A stretch of 64,000 nucleotides of DNA from an uncultured Gemmatimonadales bacterium (lineage in GTDB: Bacteria; Gemmatimonadota; Gemmatimonadetes; Longimicrobiales; RSA9). The position numbers were made by a program, and so were the translations under genes. Under the pieces are notes generated by a model. That model searched no databases, was not told the DNA's origin, and was given only the letters and a program-made list of their open reading frames with translations. Position 1 is the stretch's first letter. Every line of letters starts with the position of its first letter. Positions 10,605-19,424 of this stretch are shown here, one piece after another. Location: positions 192,001-256,000 of the forward strand of contig CAVUKA010000003.1 of the NCBI GenBank assembly GCA_963741945.1, given 5' to 3'.

Positions 10605-10608
10605 GGGA

Positions 10609-12153
10609 TCAGGCGACGTGCTCGCGATCCTTCCCGTCCTCCGAAGCGCTCGACTCCTCGCCCCCGCCGTCCTCCTCCGCTTCGGACGGCTCCTCCTCGG
10701 GCGTTTCCCCCTCGTCCGCCTGCTCCACCGGCGCGTCCGCGCCGGCGGCCGACGCCTTCCCTCCGCCCACCTCGCTCACATCCACGCCCAGGATCTCCGC
10801 GGCCACCTGGCGCGCTTCCTCCATCTCTTCCGCCGACGGCCCGGACGCCTCCGTCGATGGCTCCTCGACGACGGTCAGCTCATCGATGATGCCGATGAGG
10901 CGATCCGCCGCTTCCTCGCTCACGCCTTTGGTGGCGAGGAAGTCTTCACGTTCGAGGTCGATGATATCGAAAAAAGTAGTATATCCGGCGCTCCCGAGCG
11001 CCGCCAGCGTCGCGGCGTCCAGCTCCAGCTCCGTGAGCGGGAAGTCGGAAACTTCGTACTCCTCCTCGCCGCCGCCGAACAGGGCCGCGTCGGCCCCGCG
11101 CTCGAGCCATTCGCGGCTGCCGTAGAGGTCCAGCTGCCAGCCGATGAGCTGGCTGGCCAGGCGGACGTTCTGACCGTTGCGACCGATGGCCAGCGACAGC
11201 TGGTCCTCGTCCACAATGGCGGTGATCACGCCACGATCCGAGTCGCTGAGGACCTTGGCCACGCGGGCGGGCGCCAGGGCCCGACGTGCGTAGACCTCCG
11301 GGTCCGGATGCCAGGGGACGATGTCGATGCGCTCGCCGCCCAGCTCGCTGACGACCGCCTGGACGCGCGAGCCCTTGAGGCCAACGCATGCGCCCACGGG
11401 GTCGATGGACTCGTCCCGTGAGGACACGGCCACCTTGGTTCGCCCTCCCACCTCGCGGGCCAGCCCCTTGACCTCGACGATGCCCTGATAGATCTCGGGC
11501 ACCTCGAGCCTGAAGAGGGCGGCCACGAAGCCCGGATCCGCCCGGGACAGGATCAGCCGCGGCCCCTTGGACGTCTCCTCCACCTTCTTCAGCACCGCGC
11601 GGATCGGCTCGCCCTGCCGAAACCGTTCACGCGGGTTCTGCTCCTTCCACGGGATGATGGCGTCGGCGTCGCGCGCCTCGTTGAGCATGACCACCAGCTT
11701 GCCGCGTTCCACCTGCTGCACCTCCCCGCTCAGGAGCTCGCCCTCGCGGTCCTCGAACTCGTTCCGGATCTTCTGCCGCTCGCCTTCGCGCACGCGCTGG
11801 ATGATCCGCTGCTTCGCCGCCATGACGGCGTTCCGGCCGAACTCCGCGAACGCGACGGGGATCTCCAGCACGTCACCCGGCTCGAACTCGGGATCGTCCC
11901 AGCGCGCCTCCTCCAGGGAGACCTCGCGGGAGGGATCCTCGATTTCGGCAACGACCTCCTTCAGCACCGTGATCTGGATGCCACCACCCTGCTCATCGAT
12001 GGTGATCTCGGCCTCGACGTTGGGGCCGAAGCGCTTCGCCAGCGCGGCCATGATGCCGTCGCGGATGAGGTCGCGCAGCTCGAGATCCGAGAGGTTTTTG
12101 TTGTTCGTCAACTCCCGGAACGCCGCAAGGACCTGCATGCCTTCGTTCGCCAT
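10609..12153 (-). CDS. nusA: Transcription termination/antitermination factor NusA
   Basis: FGRNAVMAAKQ, DPVGACVGLKGSRV, SLAIGRNGQNVRLAS; acidic C-terminal extension. Confidence 0.97.
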   Translation of the reverse strand: MANEGMQVLAAFRELTNNKNLSDLELRDLIRDGIMAALAKRFGPNVEAEITIDEQGGGIQITVLKEVVAEIEDPSREVSLEEARWDDPEFEPGDVLEIPVAFAEFGRNAVMAAKQRIIQRVREGERQKIRNEFEDREGELLSGEVQQVERGKLVVMLNEARDADAIIPWKEQNPRERFRQGEPIRAVLKKVEETSKGPRLILSRADPGFVAALFRLEVPEIYQGIVEVKGLAREVGGRTKVAVSSRDESIDPVGACVGLKGSRVQAVVSELGGERIDIVPWHPDPEVYARRALAPARVAKVLSDSDRGVITAIVDEDQLSLAIGRNGQNVRLASQLIGWQLDLYGSREWLERGADAALFGGGEEEYEVSDFPLTELELDAATLAALGSAGYTTFFDIIDLEREDFLATKGVSEEAADRLIGIIDELTVVEEPSTEASGPSAEEMEEARQVAAEILGVDVSEVGGGKASAAGADAPVEQADEGETPEEEPSEAEEDGGGEESSASEDGKDREHVA

Positions 12154-12162
12154 TGATCTCCC

Positions 12163-12651
12163 CTACTCGTTCCACCGGAACACGAGGTGCGCCTTCGCGA
12201 TCTCGTCACGCGGCACCTCGACTTCCTCACCATCCGGGAGGCGCAGCCGTACGGCGTCTCCCTCGTCTCCTTCCACGAGCCCCAGCAGCTCGCCCTCCAG
12301 CCTCTTGCTTCGCCCCGCCAGTGGCGCGTACCCTCGCAGCGCCACTTCGTGCCCGGCGAAGCGGTCGAAATCCCGGCGACGCACCAGCGGCCGCTCCACT
12401 CCCGGCGACGACACCTCCAGCACGTAGGTGGCCGGCATGCCCTCGAGCTCGTCGAGATAGGCTTCCAGCGCCCGGCTGACCGTCGCGCAGTCCTCGAGCG
12501 AGATCCCGTGACCCGGCTCGGAGTCCGGCCGGTCCACGCGCAGCCGGAGCACCGGCCGGTTCCTGGACCCGGCTCGCTCCAGTTCCACCAGCTCGAAGCC
12601 CAGCGTTTCGGTGCGCCGCTCCAGTTCAGCTTGCAGTGACGACTCGCTCAT
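12163..12651 (-). CDS. rimP: Ribosome maturation factor RimP
   Basis: ISLEDCATVSR, YVLEVSSPGVERPL. Confidence 0.96.
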   Translation of the reverse strand: MSESSLQAELERRTETLGFELVELERAGSRNRPVLRLRVDRPDSEPGHGISLEDCATVSRALEAYLDELEGMPATYVLEVSSPGVERPLVRRRDFDRFAGHEVALRGYAPLAGRSKRLEGELLGLVEGDEGDAVRLRLPDGEEVEVPRDEIAKAHLVFRWNE

Positions 12652-12662
12652 GGCGCTTCAAT

Positions 12663-12689
12663 AAAAAAGTGGGGGTGTGCCCCCCACTT
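12663..12689 (-). promoter_or_regulatory. rimP-leader hairpin / attenuator-like terminator
   Basis: Minus strand AAGTGGGGG-GCACA-CCCCCACTT followed by a U-tract, about 11 nt before the rimP ATG. Confidence 0.8.
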
Positions 12690-12814
12690 CCATAGCGACG
12701 CCCGCCTCCGGGCATCGCGCACGTCTCGATGATAAGCCAGCACCGGTCGAGAGGCAACCCCGCTCCCTTGCGCCAGATGGCACGGGCGGCGGCGCCCGGG
12801 GCCGCATCAGCCGA

Positions 12815-13603
12815 TCACGGGCGGAGCGCCATCACCCCCATCTGACGGGCCGCGGACCCACCGCGGTGTGAAAAGAAGCCCCTGCCACAAAGCGTGCAGT
12901 GCTCCGAGACCGTCACCGATGCCGCGGGCACCCCGGCCTCCACGGCCTGTCCGACCTGGACAGCCCGGACATCCACCGGCCGCGCGCCGGTGGGCGCCTC
13001 CAGCCCCAGCGCGGTGTGGACTTCAGGCCCGACCTCGTAGCAGCGCCCGCAGATCGCGGGCCCCAGGTGGATCCGCAACGTGGCCGGGTCGGCACCCAGC
13101 GCCGAGATCCCGCGCCCGACGATCCCCGCCACGGTCCCCCTCCACCCGCCGTGCAGCAGGGCGATTCGCCGCCGGCCGGGGTCGAGGAGGAAGATGGGGA
13201 CGCAATCGGCGACGGAAACCGTGAGCAGGACGTCGGCACGCGAGGTCCGGTGGCCGTCGTAGCCATCCAGGACCAGGAGCCCGGGAACGGCATCGTCGCA
13301 ATGGAAGAGTTCCCGCCCGTGTACCTGTCGGCTGTGGACGGCCCCCGCGATCCCCACTGCTCGCCGGAGCGCGCGCCACCGCTCCAGTGTTTCTCCGACC
13401 GGACTCGCGCCGAAGAGGCCGAGGTCGAAATCGCCCTGCGGCCCTCGACCGGTGGTCCCCTGGAGCAGCCACGGGAACGCCTCGGACCACTCCGGGTTGC
13501 GATACAAGGGAACGGGGCCGCGAACGGCGCTCTCGCGAATGGTGCGCACCCCCGCCGGGAGCGCTGGCGTTGAGCTCTCGCGACCGCCGGCGCCGGCGCT
13601 CAC
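12815..13603 (-). CDS. pgeF: YfiH/PgeF family (polyphenol oxidase-like, peptidoglycan editing factor)
   Basis: QVHG, VADCVPI, LHGGWRG, GPAICGRCYEVG, FFSHR. Confidence 0.9.
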   Translation of the reverse strand: MSAGAGGRESSTPALPAGVRTIRESAVRGPVPLYRNPEWSEAFPWLLQGTTGRGPQGDFDLGLFGASPVGETLERWRALRRAVGIAGAVHSRQVHGRELFHCDDAVPGLLVLDGYDGHRTSRADVLLTVSVADCVPIFLLDPGRRRIALLHGGWRGTVAGIVGRGISALGADPATLRIHLGPAICGRCYEVGPEVHTALGLEAPTGARPVDVRAVQVGQAVEAGVPAASVTVSEHCTLCGRGFFSHRGGSAARQMGVMALRP

Positions 13604-13974
13604 CCCTCCGTGACCGGGATCTCCGTATCGGCGCTGCCACCGGTCGACTTGTGGTCGTGGTGGGCATGCGCGGCAGCTTCGTGCGCGTCCACGCGCACGC
13701 TCAACGCCTCCACTTCCGCGCGGAGCGCCTCGAACTCGCGGCGAGGCACCAGGTCCAGCCGGGTGCGAGCCTCCTCGAACGCAGTCTGGGCGCGGTCCAT
13801 GGTGGTGCGTACGGCTTCCTTCGCCCGGTCAGGCGTGATCTCCCCCCGATCCAGCATCTCCTGCACGGTCTCTTCCACGGCGTCCTTCAGGGCGCTCAGG
13901 ATACCGAGGCCCGCACGGATGCCCTCTCGCACGTCGTCCCCGAGATTGCCCTTCCGCTCTCGCTGCTCCGTCAT
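13600..13974 (-). CDS. Phasin/PhaF-like coiled-coil protein
   Basis: AGLG motif, 'VQEMLDRGEIT', 'LDLVPRREFEALRAEVEAL'. Confidence 0.65.
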   Translation of the reverse strand: MTEQRERKGNLGDDVREGIRAGLGILSALKDAVEETVQEMLDRGEITPDRAKEAVRTTMDRAQTAFEEARTRLDLVPRREFEALRAEVEALSVRVDAHEAAAHAHHDHKSTGGSADTEIPVTEG

Positions 13975-13991
13975 TCCTGCCTCCCTCTGGT

Positions 13992-15281
13992 CTAGTCGCC
14001 CCGTGAGTCCTCGCGGCGGATCCTCGCGCCGAGGGCCCTAAGGCGCTCGTCAATGTTCTGATACCCGCGCTCGATCTGCTGGATGTTGAAGATATGGCTC
14101 TCGCCTTCCGCGCCCAGGGCCGCGATCAGGAGCGCCATCCCGGCGCGGATGTCGGGGCTGTCCACCACCCCGGCATACAGTCGCGACGGCCCCACTACGA
14201 CGGCGCGGTGGGGATCGCACAGGACCACGCGCGCACCCATGCCGATGATCTTGTCCGCGAAGAACATCCGGGACTCGAACATCTTCTCGTGGATCAGGAT
14301 CGTGCCCTGGCACTGCGTCGCCACCACGAGGGCGATGGACGTGAGGTCGGCCGGGAACGCGGGCCATGGGCCATCGTCGATCTTCGGAATGTGGCCACCC
14401 AGGTCCATCCGGATCTCCAGCGCCTGGTTCCCGGGCACGTGGAGGTCATCGCCGCGGGCCACGCACCGGATCCCGAGGCGCTCGAACGCCAGGAGCGTGG
14501 AGTCGAGGTGCTGCAGCGCCGCATTCTCGATGAGGATATCGCCGCGCGTCACCGCGGCCAGACCGATGAAGGAACCCACCTCGATGTGATCGCTGGCGAT
14601 CCGGAAGGTACCGCCGCCGAGCCGGTCGACACCTTCGATCTCCAGCACGTGGGTACCGATTCCGGACACCTTCCCGCCCAGGGTGTTGATCATGTGGCAC
14701 AGGTCCTGGACGTGGGGCTCGGCCGCGGCGTTCCGCAGCTTCGTTGTACCCTTCGCCAGCGACGCGGCCATGACGGCGTTCTCCGTGGCCGTCACGCTCG
14801 GCTCGTCCAGGAAGATATCCGCCCCCTTCAGGCCATCGGCCTCGAGATGATAGCCGCCGCGTGTCTCCACCCGCGCGCCGAGGCGCTGCAGGGCCAGGAA
14901 GTGCGTGTCTACACGGCGGCGCCCGATCACATCGCCGCCCGGCGGCGGCAGCAGCATGCTTCCGAGGCGCGCGAGCATGGGGCCGGCCAGGAGGATGGAC
15001 GCCCGGATCCGGGCGGCCAGCTCCCGCTCCACTTCGGCTATCCGGATATCCTTCGCGTGGATCCGGACCCGGCCCGGGCCCTGCCATTGCACGTCGCAGC
15101 CGAGCTGCTCGAGGAGCTCCAGCAGTGTGCGCACGTCGCGGATGTCCGGTACGTTCTCCAGCGTCACTGGCTGATCGCTCAGGAGGGTCGCGCAGATGAT
15201 CGGTAGAGCCGCGTTCTTGTTTCCCGCGGGCCGGATGCGCCCGTTCAGCGGGACGCCCCCGTCCACGATGTATTTCGGCAT
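13992..15281 (-). CDS. murA: UDP-N-acetylglucosamine 1-carboxyvinyltransferase (Asp-type active site)
   Basis: [43 protein letters not shown]; start MPKYIVDGG. Confidence 0.96.
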   Translation of the reverse strand: MPKYIVDGGVPLNGRIRPAGNKNAALPIICATLLSDQPVTLENVPDIRDVRTLLELLEQLGCDVQWQGPGRVRIHAKDIRIAEVERELAARIRASILLAGPMLARLGSMLLPPPGGDVIGRRRVDTHFLALQRLGARVETRGGYHLEADGLKGADIFLDEPSVTATENAVMAASLAKGTTKLRNAAAEPHVQDLCHMINTLGGKVSGIGTHVLEIEGVDRLGGGTFRIASDHIEVGSFIGLAAVTRGDILIENAALQHLDSTLLAFERLGIRCVARGDDLHVPGNQALEIRMDLGGHIPKIDDGPWPAFPADLTSIALVVATQCQGTILIHEKMFESRMFFADKIIGMGARVVLCDPHRAVVVGPSRLYAGVVDSPDIRAGMALLIAALGAEGESHIFNIQQIERGYQNIDERLRALGARIRREDSRGD

Positions 15282-15398
15282 GGGCTCTCGAGTGAGTGAG
15301 CGAGTTCCGGCCCTCGAGCCGGTGGACGCCGGTGCAGCGTGAAAAAAACATACCGGCGCGCTGGAAGAAGCGCCAAGCGATCCGGAGCCCCGGCCCGC

Positions 15399-15428
15399 TT
15401 GACGCACCGCGCCCGGGCCGTCTAGCTT
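15399..15428 (+). promoter_or_regulatory. Putative sigma70 promoter for EIIA operon
   Basis: TTGACG-N18-TAGCTT, 26 nt upstream of ATG 15455. Confidence 0.5.
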
Positions 15429-15454
15429 GCCGCCAACGATCCCCCCTACTGCGC

Positions 15455-15922
15455 ATGCGACTCAGCGACTATCTGGAACCCGACCTCATCCTGCTGGACC
15501 TCCACACCACGGGGGTTCCGGACACGCTGGCGGCGTTCGCCCATCGCCTCGAAGAGAGCGGTCGCGCCGGCGACGCGGACGCCGTCCGCGAGGCGCTGCA
15601 GGAGCGAGAGGAAAGTCACACGACGTCCCTCGGCAATGGCGTGGCGCTCCCGCATGCCACGGTCCCCGGTCTGACGCATCCGGTGATCCTCATCGGAGTC
15701 GCTCCGGAAGGCGTCCATTTCGGCCGCGACGAGGACGCCGCCGTGTGTCGGCTCTTCTTCGTCCTGCTCTCGCCCCTCGAGCAGGCGGGTACGCACATCA
15801 AGCTCCTGGCCCGCATCGTACGGCTGGTTCGACACCCGGAATTCGTGGACGAGATCATGGCCGCGGACAGCGGTGCGGCGTTGATCCAGCGCATCGAGCG
15901 CGTAGACGCGCTGCACGTCTGA
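15455..15922 (+). CDS. PTS EIIA (Fru/Ntr-type) domain protein
   Basis: [18 protein letters not shown] with phospho-acceptor His; [11 protein letters not shown]. Confidence 0.9.
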   Translation: MRLSDYLEPDLILLDLHTTGVPDTLAAFAHRLEESGRAGDADAVREALQEREESHTTSLGNGVALPHATVPGLTHPVILIGVAPEGVHFGRDEDAAVCRLFFVLLSPLEQAGTHIKLLARIVRLVRHPEFVDEIMAADSGAALIQRIERVDALHV

Positions 15923-15928
15923 GGCGCC

Positions 15929-16282
15929 ATGCAGCTGCTCATCGCGGTCATCAATCAGGAAGAGCGCCTGGACGACATCCTGTCCGGCTTCCTCGAGATC
16001 GGGATCACGGGCGCCACCATCATCGACAGCGAAGGGATGGGGCACGTCCTCTCCCACGACATCCCGATCTTCGCCGGGCTCCAGACGCTGATCTCCCGCT
16101 CTCGTCCGCAGAACACCACCATATTCAGTGTCATCGACAGCGAGGAGAAGGCGGAAGGGGCCATTGCGTTGCTGCAGGACATCTGCGGCGACCTGAACAA
16201 CCCGGCCACGGGGATCGCGTTCACCATCCCGGTGAACCGGGTGGCGGGCCTCGCCCCGGAGCTGGGATCCGGCGACCTTTGA
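15929..16282 (+). CDS. Non-canonical PII-like signalling protein
   Basis: 117 aa; GITGATIIDSEGMG, C-terminal TGIAFTIPV; lacks the canonical GlnB T-loop Tyr. Confidence 0.75.
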   Translation: MQLLIAVINQEERLDDILSGFLEIGITGATIIDSEGMGHVLSHDIPIFAGLQTLISRSRPQNTTIFSVIDSEEKAEGAIALLQDICGDLNNPATGIAFTIPVNRVAGLAPELGSGDL

Positions 16283-16298
16283 CACCGGCGGCCCGCGC

Positions 16299-17552
16299 AT
16301 GGCCGTGAGTCCCCTGGTCGGCGTCCTCATCCTGGTCCTTCTGGGGCTGCTCGGCGCGCGATTCGCCTTCGATCCGGCCCGCTCACCCCTCGGGCCGCGT
16401 CTGGTACTCGCTACCGGCTCCCACTTCGTGCTGGTGGGCGTGCTCCTCGGCCCCGTCCTCGGGCTCCTCACCTACGACGTGATCGGGCGCCTGGAGCCGT
16501 TCATGGCCCTTGGGCTCGGCTGGATCGGCCTCCTCTTCGGGCTCCAGCTGGACCGACGACAGCTCCGCCAGTTCCCGCCCGCCTTCCTCTTCTTCACCCT
16601 CCTGCAAGCGGCCATCGCCTTCGTTGTCTTCGCCGCAGTGGCACTGGTCGCCTTCCGCCTCACGGGACCCGAAGATCCCATGGGTCCGGCTGCCGTCATG
16701 GCTGCGGCGGCCACGGCCGCGGTTTCCACCCCGGCGGGCGTGGCGCTCATCAGTCGCACGTTCCGGGTCCAGGGCCCGGTGACCCGGCTTCTCTTCTACG
16801 TCGCCAGCCTCGACGCCATCGTGGGGATCGTGGCGCTGCAGCTCACGTACGCCGTGTTCCACCCGGCCGCCGCCGCCGTGGGGGGCTTCGGGTGGGGCGT
16901 GTGGATGGGCGTGGCGCTCGCCATCGGGATCATCTTCGGCGTCTTCTTCCTCTGGCTGAGCCGACCCAAACCGGAGCGCGACGAGCTGACGCTGTTCCTC
17001 CTGGGGCTCGTGATGTTCGAAGCCGGAGCCGCGCTCTACCTGGGTATCTCGCCCCTTTTCGTGTCCATGATCACCGGCATCGTGGTGGCCAACATGTCGC
17101 CCTCGCGGCGACGGGCGTTCTCCATCCTCCAGAACTGGGAAAGACCCGTGTACGTGGTGGTCCTGATCCTGGCCGGTGCCCTCATCAGCTTCGCCGACTG
17201 GGTGACCATCCCGCTGGCCGTGGGGTATGCCGTACTGCGGAGCATGGCCAAGTACGCGGCGGGCGCGTTGAGCGCCTATCTCGTCCCCCTCCGCTTCACC
17301 GTTCCCAGCCAGATCGGCGGAGGGCTGATCGCGCAGGGCGGGATCAGTCTGGCCATGGGACTCAGCGCCACCTTAACTTACGGTGCTGTTGCGGGATCGG
17401 CCGGGGTGGCCGTGCGCGTCGTCATCGGTGCCATCGTGCTGGGCGTGGCCGCAAGCGAGCTTGTGGCACCGTTCGTCACGCGTGACCTGCTGCGCCGCGC
17501 CGGTGAGATCACGCCCGGCCACGAAACCGCGCTGGCGAAAGAGGCCGAGTGA
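16299..17552 (+). CDS. CPA2-like cation:proton antiporter membrane protein
   Basis: About 12-13 hydrophobic segments; LGWIGLLFGLQL, AVSTPA, QGGISLAM, SELVAP. Confidence 0.78.
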   Translation: MAVSPLVGVLILVLLGLLGARFAFDPARSPLGPRLVLATGSHFVLVGVLLGPVLGLLTYDVIGRLEPFMALGLGWIGLLFGLQLDRRQLRQFPPAFLFFTLLQAAIAFVVFAAVALVAFRLTGPEDPMGPAAVMAAAATAAVSTPAGVALISRTFRVQGPVTRLLFYVASLDAIVGIVALQLTYAVFHPAAAAVGGFGWGVWMGVALAIGIIFGVFFLWLSRPKPERDELTLFLLGLVMFEAGAALYLGISPLFVSMITGIVVANMSPSRRRAFSILQNWERPVYVVVLILAGALISFADWVTIPLAVGYAVLRSMAKYAAGALSAYLVPLRFTVPSQIGGGLIAQGGISLAMGLSATLTYGAVAGSAGVAVRVVIGAIVLGVAASELVAPFVTRDLLRRAGEITPGHETALAKEAE

Positions 17553-17580
17553 TGCCGCTCACCACAACCGGACCCTAGCC

Positions 17581-18117
17581 ATGCAATCCTGGATGCTCCT
17601 CGCTCAGGCCCAGCCCGAGCTGATCTCGCACCTCGACAGGATCATGTGGGCACAGCTCGTCATGGCGGGAGTGATGGCCATCAGCGCCATCGTCGTGGTG
17701 GCTGCGGGATTGGCCATCCTCCTGATGGTTCGGCGTGCCATGAAGAAGATCGAGGAGGCGAAGAACGAGATCCTCCCCCACGTGACGCCCGTACTGAGCC
17801 GGGCGTCCACCATCGCCGATGATGTCCGCCACATCACTGCCGGCCTGCGCACCGACGCCAATGACGTGAACGAGACGGTTCGCGACTTCGTCACGCGCAC
17901 GAGAGGTGCCGTGGACTCGCTGGAACAGCGGGTGCAGCGGTTCGGGCTGGTGCTCGAGGTGGTGCAGGAGCAGGCGGAGTCGCTGCTCATGGACGCCGCG
18001 GCGACGGCGCGGGGCGTGCATACGACGGCCCGGGCGTTGCGGGACGACAAGCCGTCCAGCCCACGGGTCGGCACCCGGCGGGTCGAACGTTCTCCCAGAA
18101 AGCGGGATTCGCAATGA
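17581..18117 (+). CDS. DUF948/YtxG-like single-TM coiled-coil protein
   Basis: One TM helix followed by long amphipathic helices; ATGA overlap with the YtxH gene. Confidence 0.6.
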   Translation: MQSWMLLAQAQPELISHLDRIMWAQLVMAGVMAISAIVVVAAGLAILLMVRRAMKKIEEAKNEILPHVTPVLSRASTIADDVRHITAGLRTDANDVNETVRDFVTRTRGAVDSLEQRVQRFGLVLEVVQEQAESLLMDAAATARGVHTTARALRDDKPSSPRVGTRRVERSPRKRDSQ

Positions 18118-18488
18118 AACCGGAAGAGACCACCGAGTACATCACGGCCTTCGTGATCGGGACGCTCGTGGGCGTGGGGGCCGCCCTCCTTTTCGCCCCC
18201 ACACCGCCCACGAAGCGGGAGAAGCTCCTGAAGGAGCTGGAGCCGTACCGCAAGAAGCTGCGCAAGACCCGCAGTCGAGCGAGGAAGCAGGTGGATCGCG
18301 GCACGGGCGCGGCCACGGACTGGACGGAGGACATGGTGGCTGCGGGTCGCGCGGTCGCGAAGGAGCTGCGCGAAGAGATCACCGAGATGGTGAAGGACGC
18401 GCGCGAAGAGATCGGGGAAACGGTGCAGGCGCAGTTGAAGTCGGCGCAGGAGTCCGTGCGTCGGGGCAGGAAGAGGGTCGGGGGCTGA
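18114..18488 (+). CDS. YtxH domain protein
   Basis: FVIGTLVGVGAALLFAP signature followed by a charged helical tail. Confidence 0.82.
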   Translation: MKPEETTEYITAFVIGTLVGVGAALLFAPTPPTKREKLLKELEPYRKKLRKTRSRARKQVDRGTGAATDWTEDMVAAGRAVAKELREEITEMVKDAREEIGETVQAQLKSAQESVRRGRKRVGG

Positions 18489-18495
18489 ACCTGCC

Positions 18496-19419
18496 TTGAG
18501 CTTCATCTGGACCCTGGCGGGGGCCGTGGTGTTTCTGCTCCTGTCGCCGGATCGGCTGTTCGCCTTCGGCCCCGCCACGCACATCTTCCTCGGCGAGCAC
18601 CTCCTGAGCTCACTCTACCTCCTGCCGAGCGCGCTCGCGGATCTGCTGCGGGCGTATCCGCTCAGCTTCCTCTACGGGAACGTCGCGGCGGACATCTCGT
18701 TCGCGAAGAAGTACGTCCCCGCGGGTCGACACTCCCACTATTGGCACGTGGGCGAGGAAATCCTCGCCGGAGCTGGCAATGACCGGCTGCGCGCGGCCGG
18801 GATGGGCTATCTCTGCCACCTGGCCGCGGACACGGTCGCGCACAACTTCTACGTGCCGCGACAGCTCATGCTGACCAGCTCCACCAAGGCGCTGGGCCAC
18901 TCCTACTGGGAGCATCGCCTCGACGTGGAGCTCGGCGAAGGGTACACCGGGCGAGCGAGGGAGGTGGTCGTGGACTACGACCACGCGGAAGCGGACCACC
19001 TCTTCGACAGCATCCTGAGCGGCACCATCTTCTCGTTCGAGACCAACCGCCGGATCTTCCGGGGCATGGTACGCTTTCAGGACAACGAGCGGTGGCAGAA
19101 CGTCTTCGGCCGCGTCCTCGAGCGTTCGCGCTGGGACCTCCGCAACGCCGACGTGGAGGAGAACCTTTCCCGCGCGTTCGATTCCATGGTCGACTACCTG
19201 CTGCGGCGCCGCGCCGCGTTCGCCGCCGCCCGCGACCCCATCGGCGATTTCAATCTGCACCTCTCCAAGAAAGTCCGGCGGCTGGCGCTCCGGGACGGCA
19301 GCGCCGCCGATTACGGCCGGATGCGCGCCATGGCCGACGACTTCTTCCCGCTCCCGGAGGATGCTCTCGAGTACTGGGCCCGACGCGGCCGCCCTGAACG
19401 CTCGAGCGCCGGGGGCTGA
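18496..19419 (+). CDS. Zinc-dependent phospholipase C family protein (signal peptide)
   Basis: TTG start; hydrophobic leader then FGPATH; ADI, HLAADTVAH, HSYWE metal-ligand pattern. Confidence 0.78.
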   Translation: MSFIWTLAGAVVFLLLSPDRLFAFGPATHIFLGEHLLSSLYLLPSALADLLRAYPLSFLYGNVAADISFAKKYVPAGRHSHYWHVGEEILAGAGNDRLRAAGMGYLCHLAADTVAHNFYVPRQLMLTSSTKALGHSYWEHRLDVELGEGYTGRAREVVVDYDHAEADHLFDSILSGTIFSFETNRRIFRGMVRFQDNERWQNVFGRVLERSRWDLRNADVEENLSRAFDSMVDYLLRRRAAFAAARDPIGDFNLHLSKKVRRLALRDGSAADYGRMRAMADDFFPLPEDALEYWARRGRPERSSAGG

Positions 19420-19424
19420 AGAGG

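Noticed and set aside
10604..10612. Absence of ylxR between nusA and the L7Ae gene
   Set aside because: Common lineage-level variation; no remnant visible
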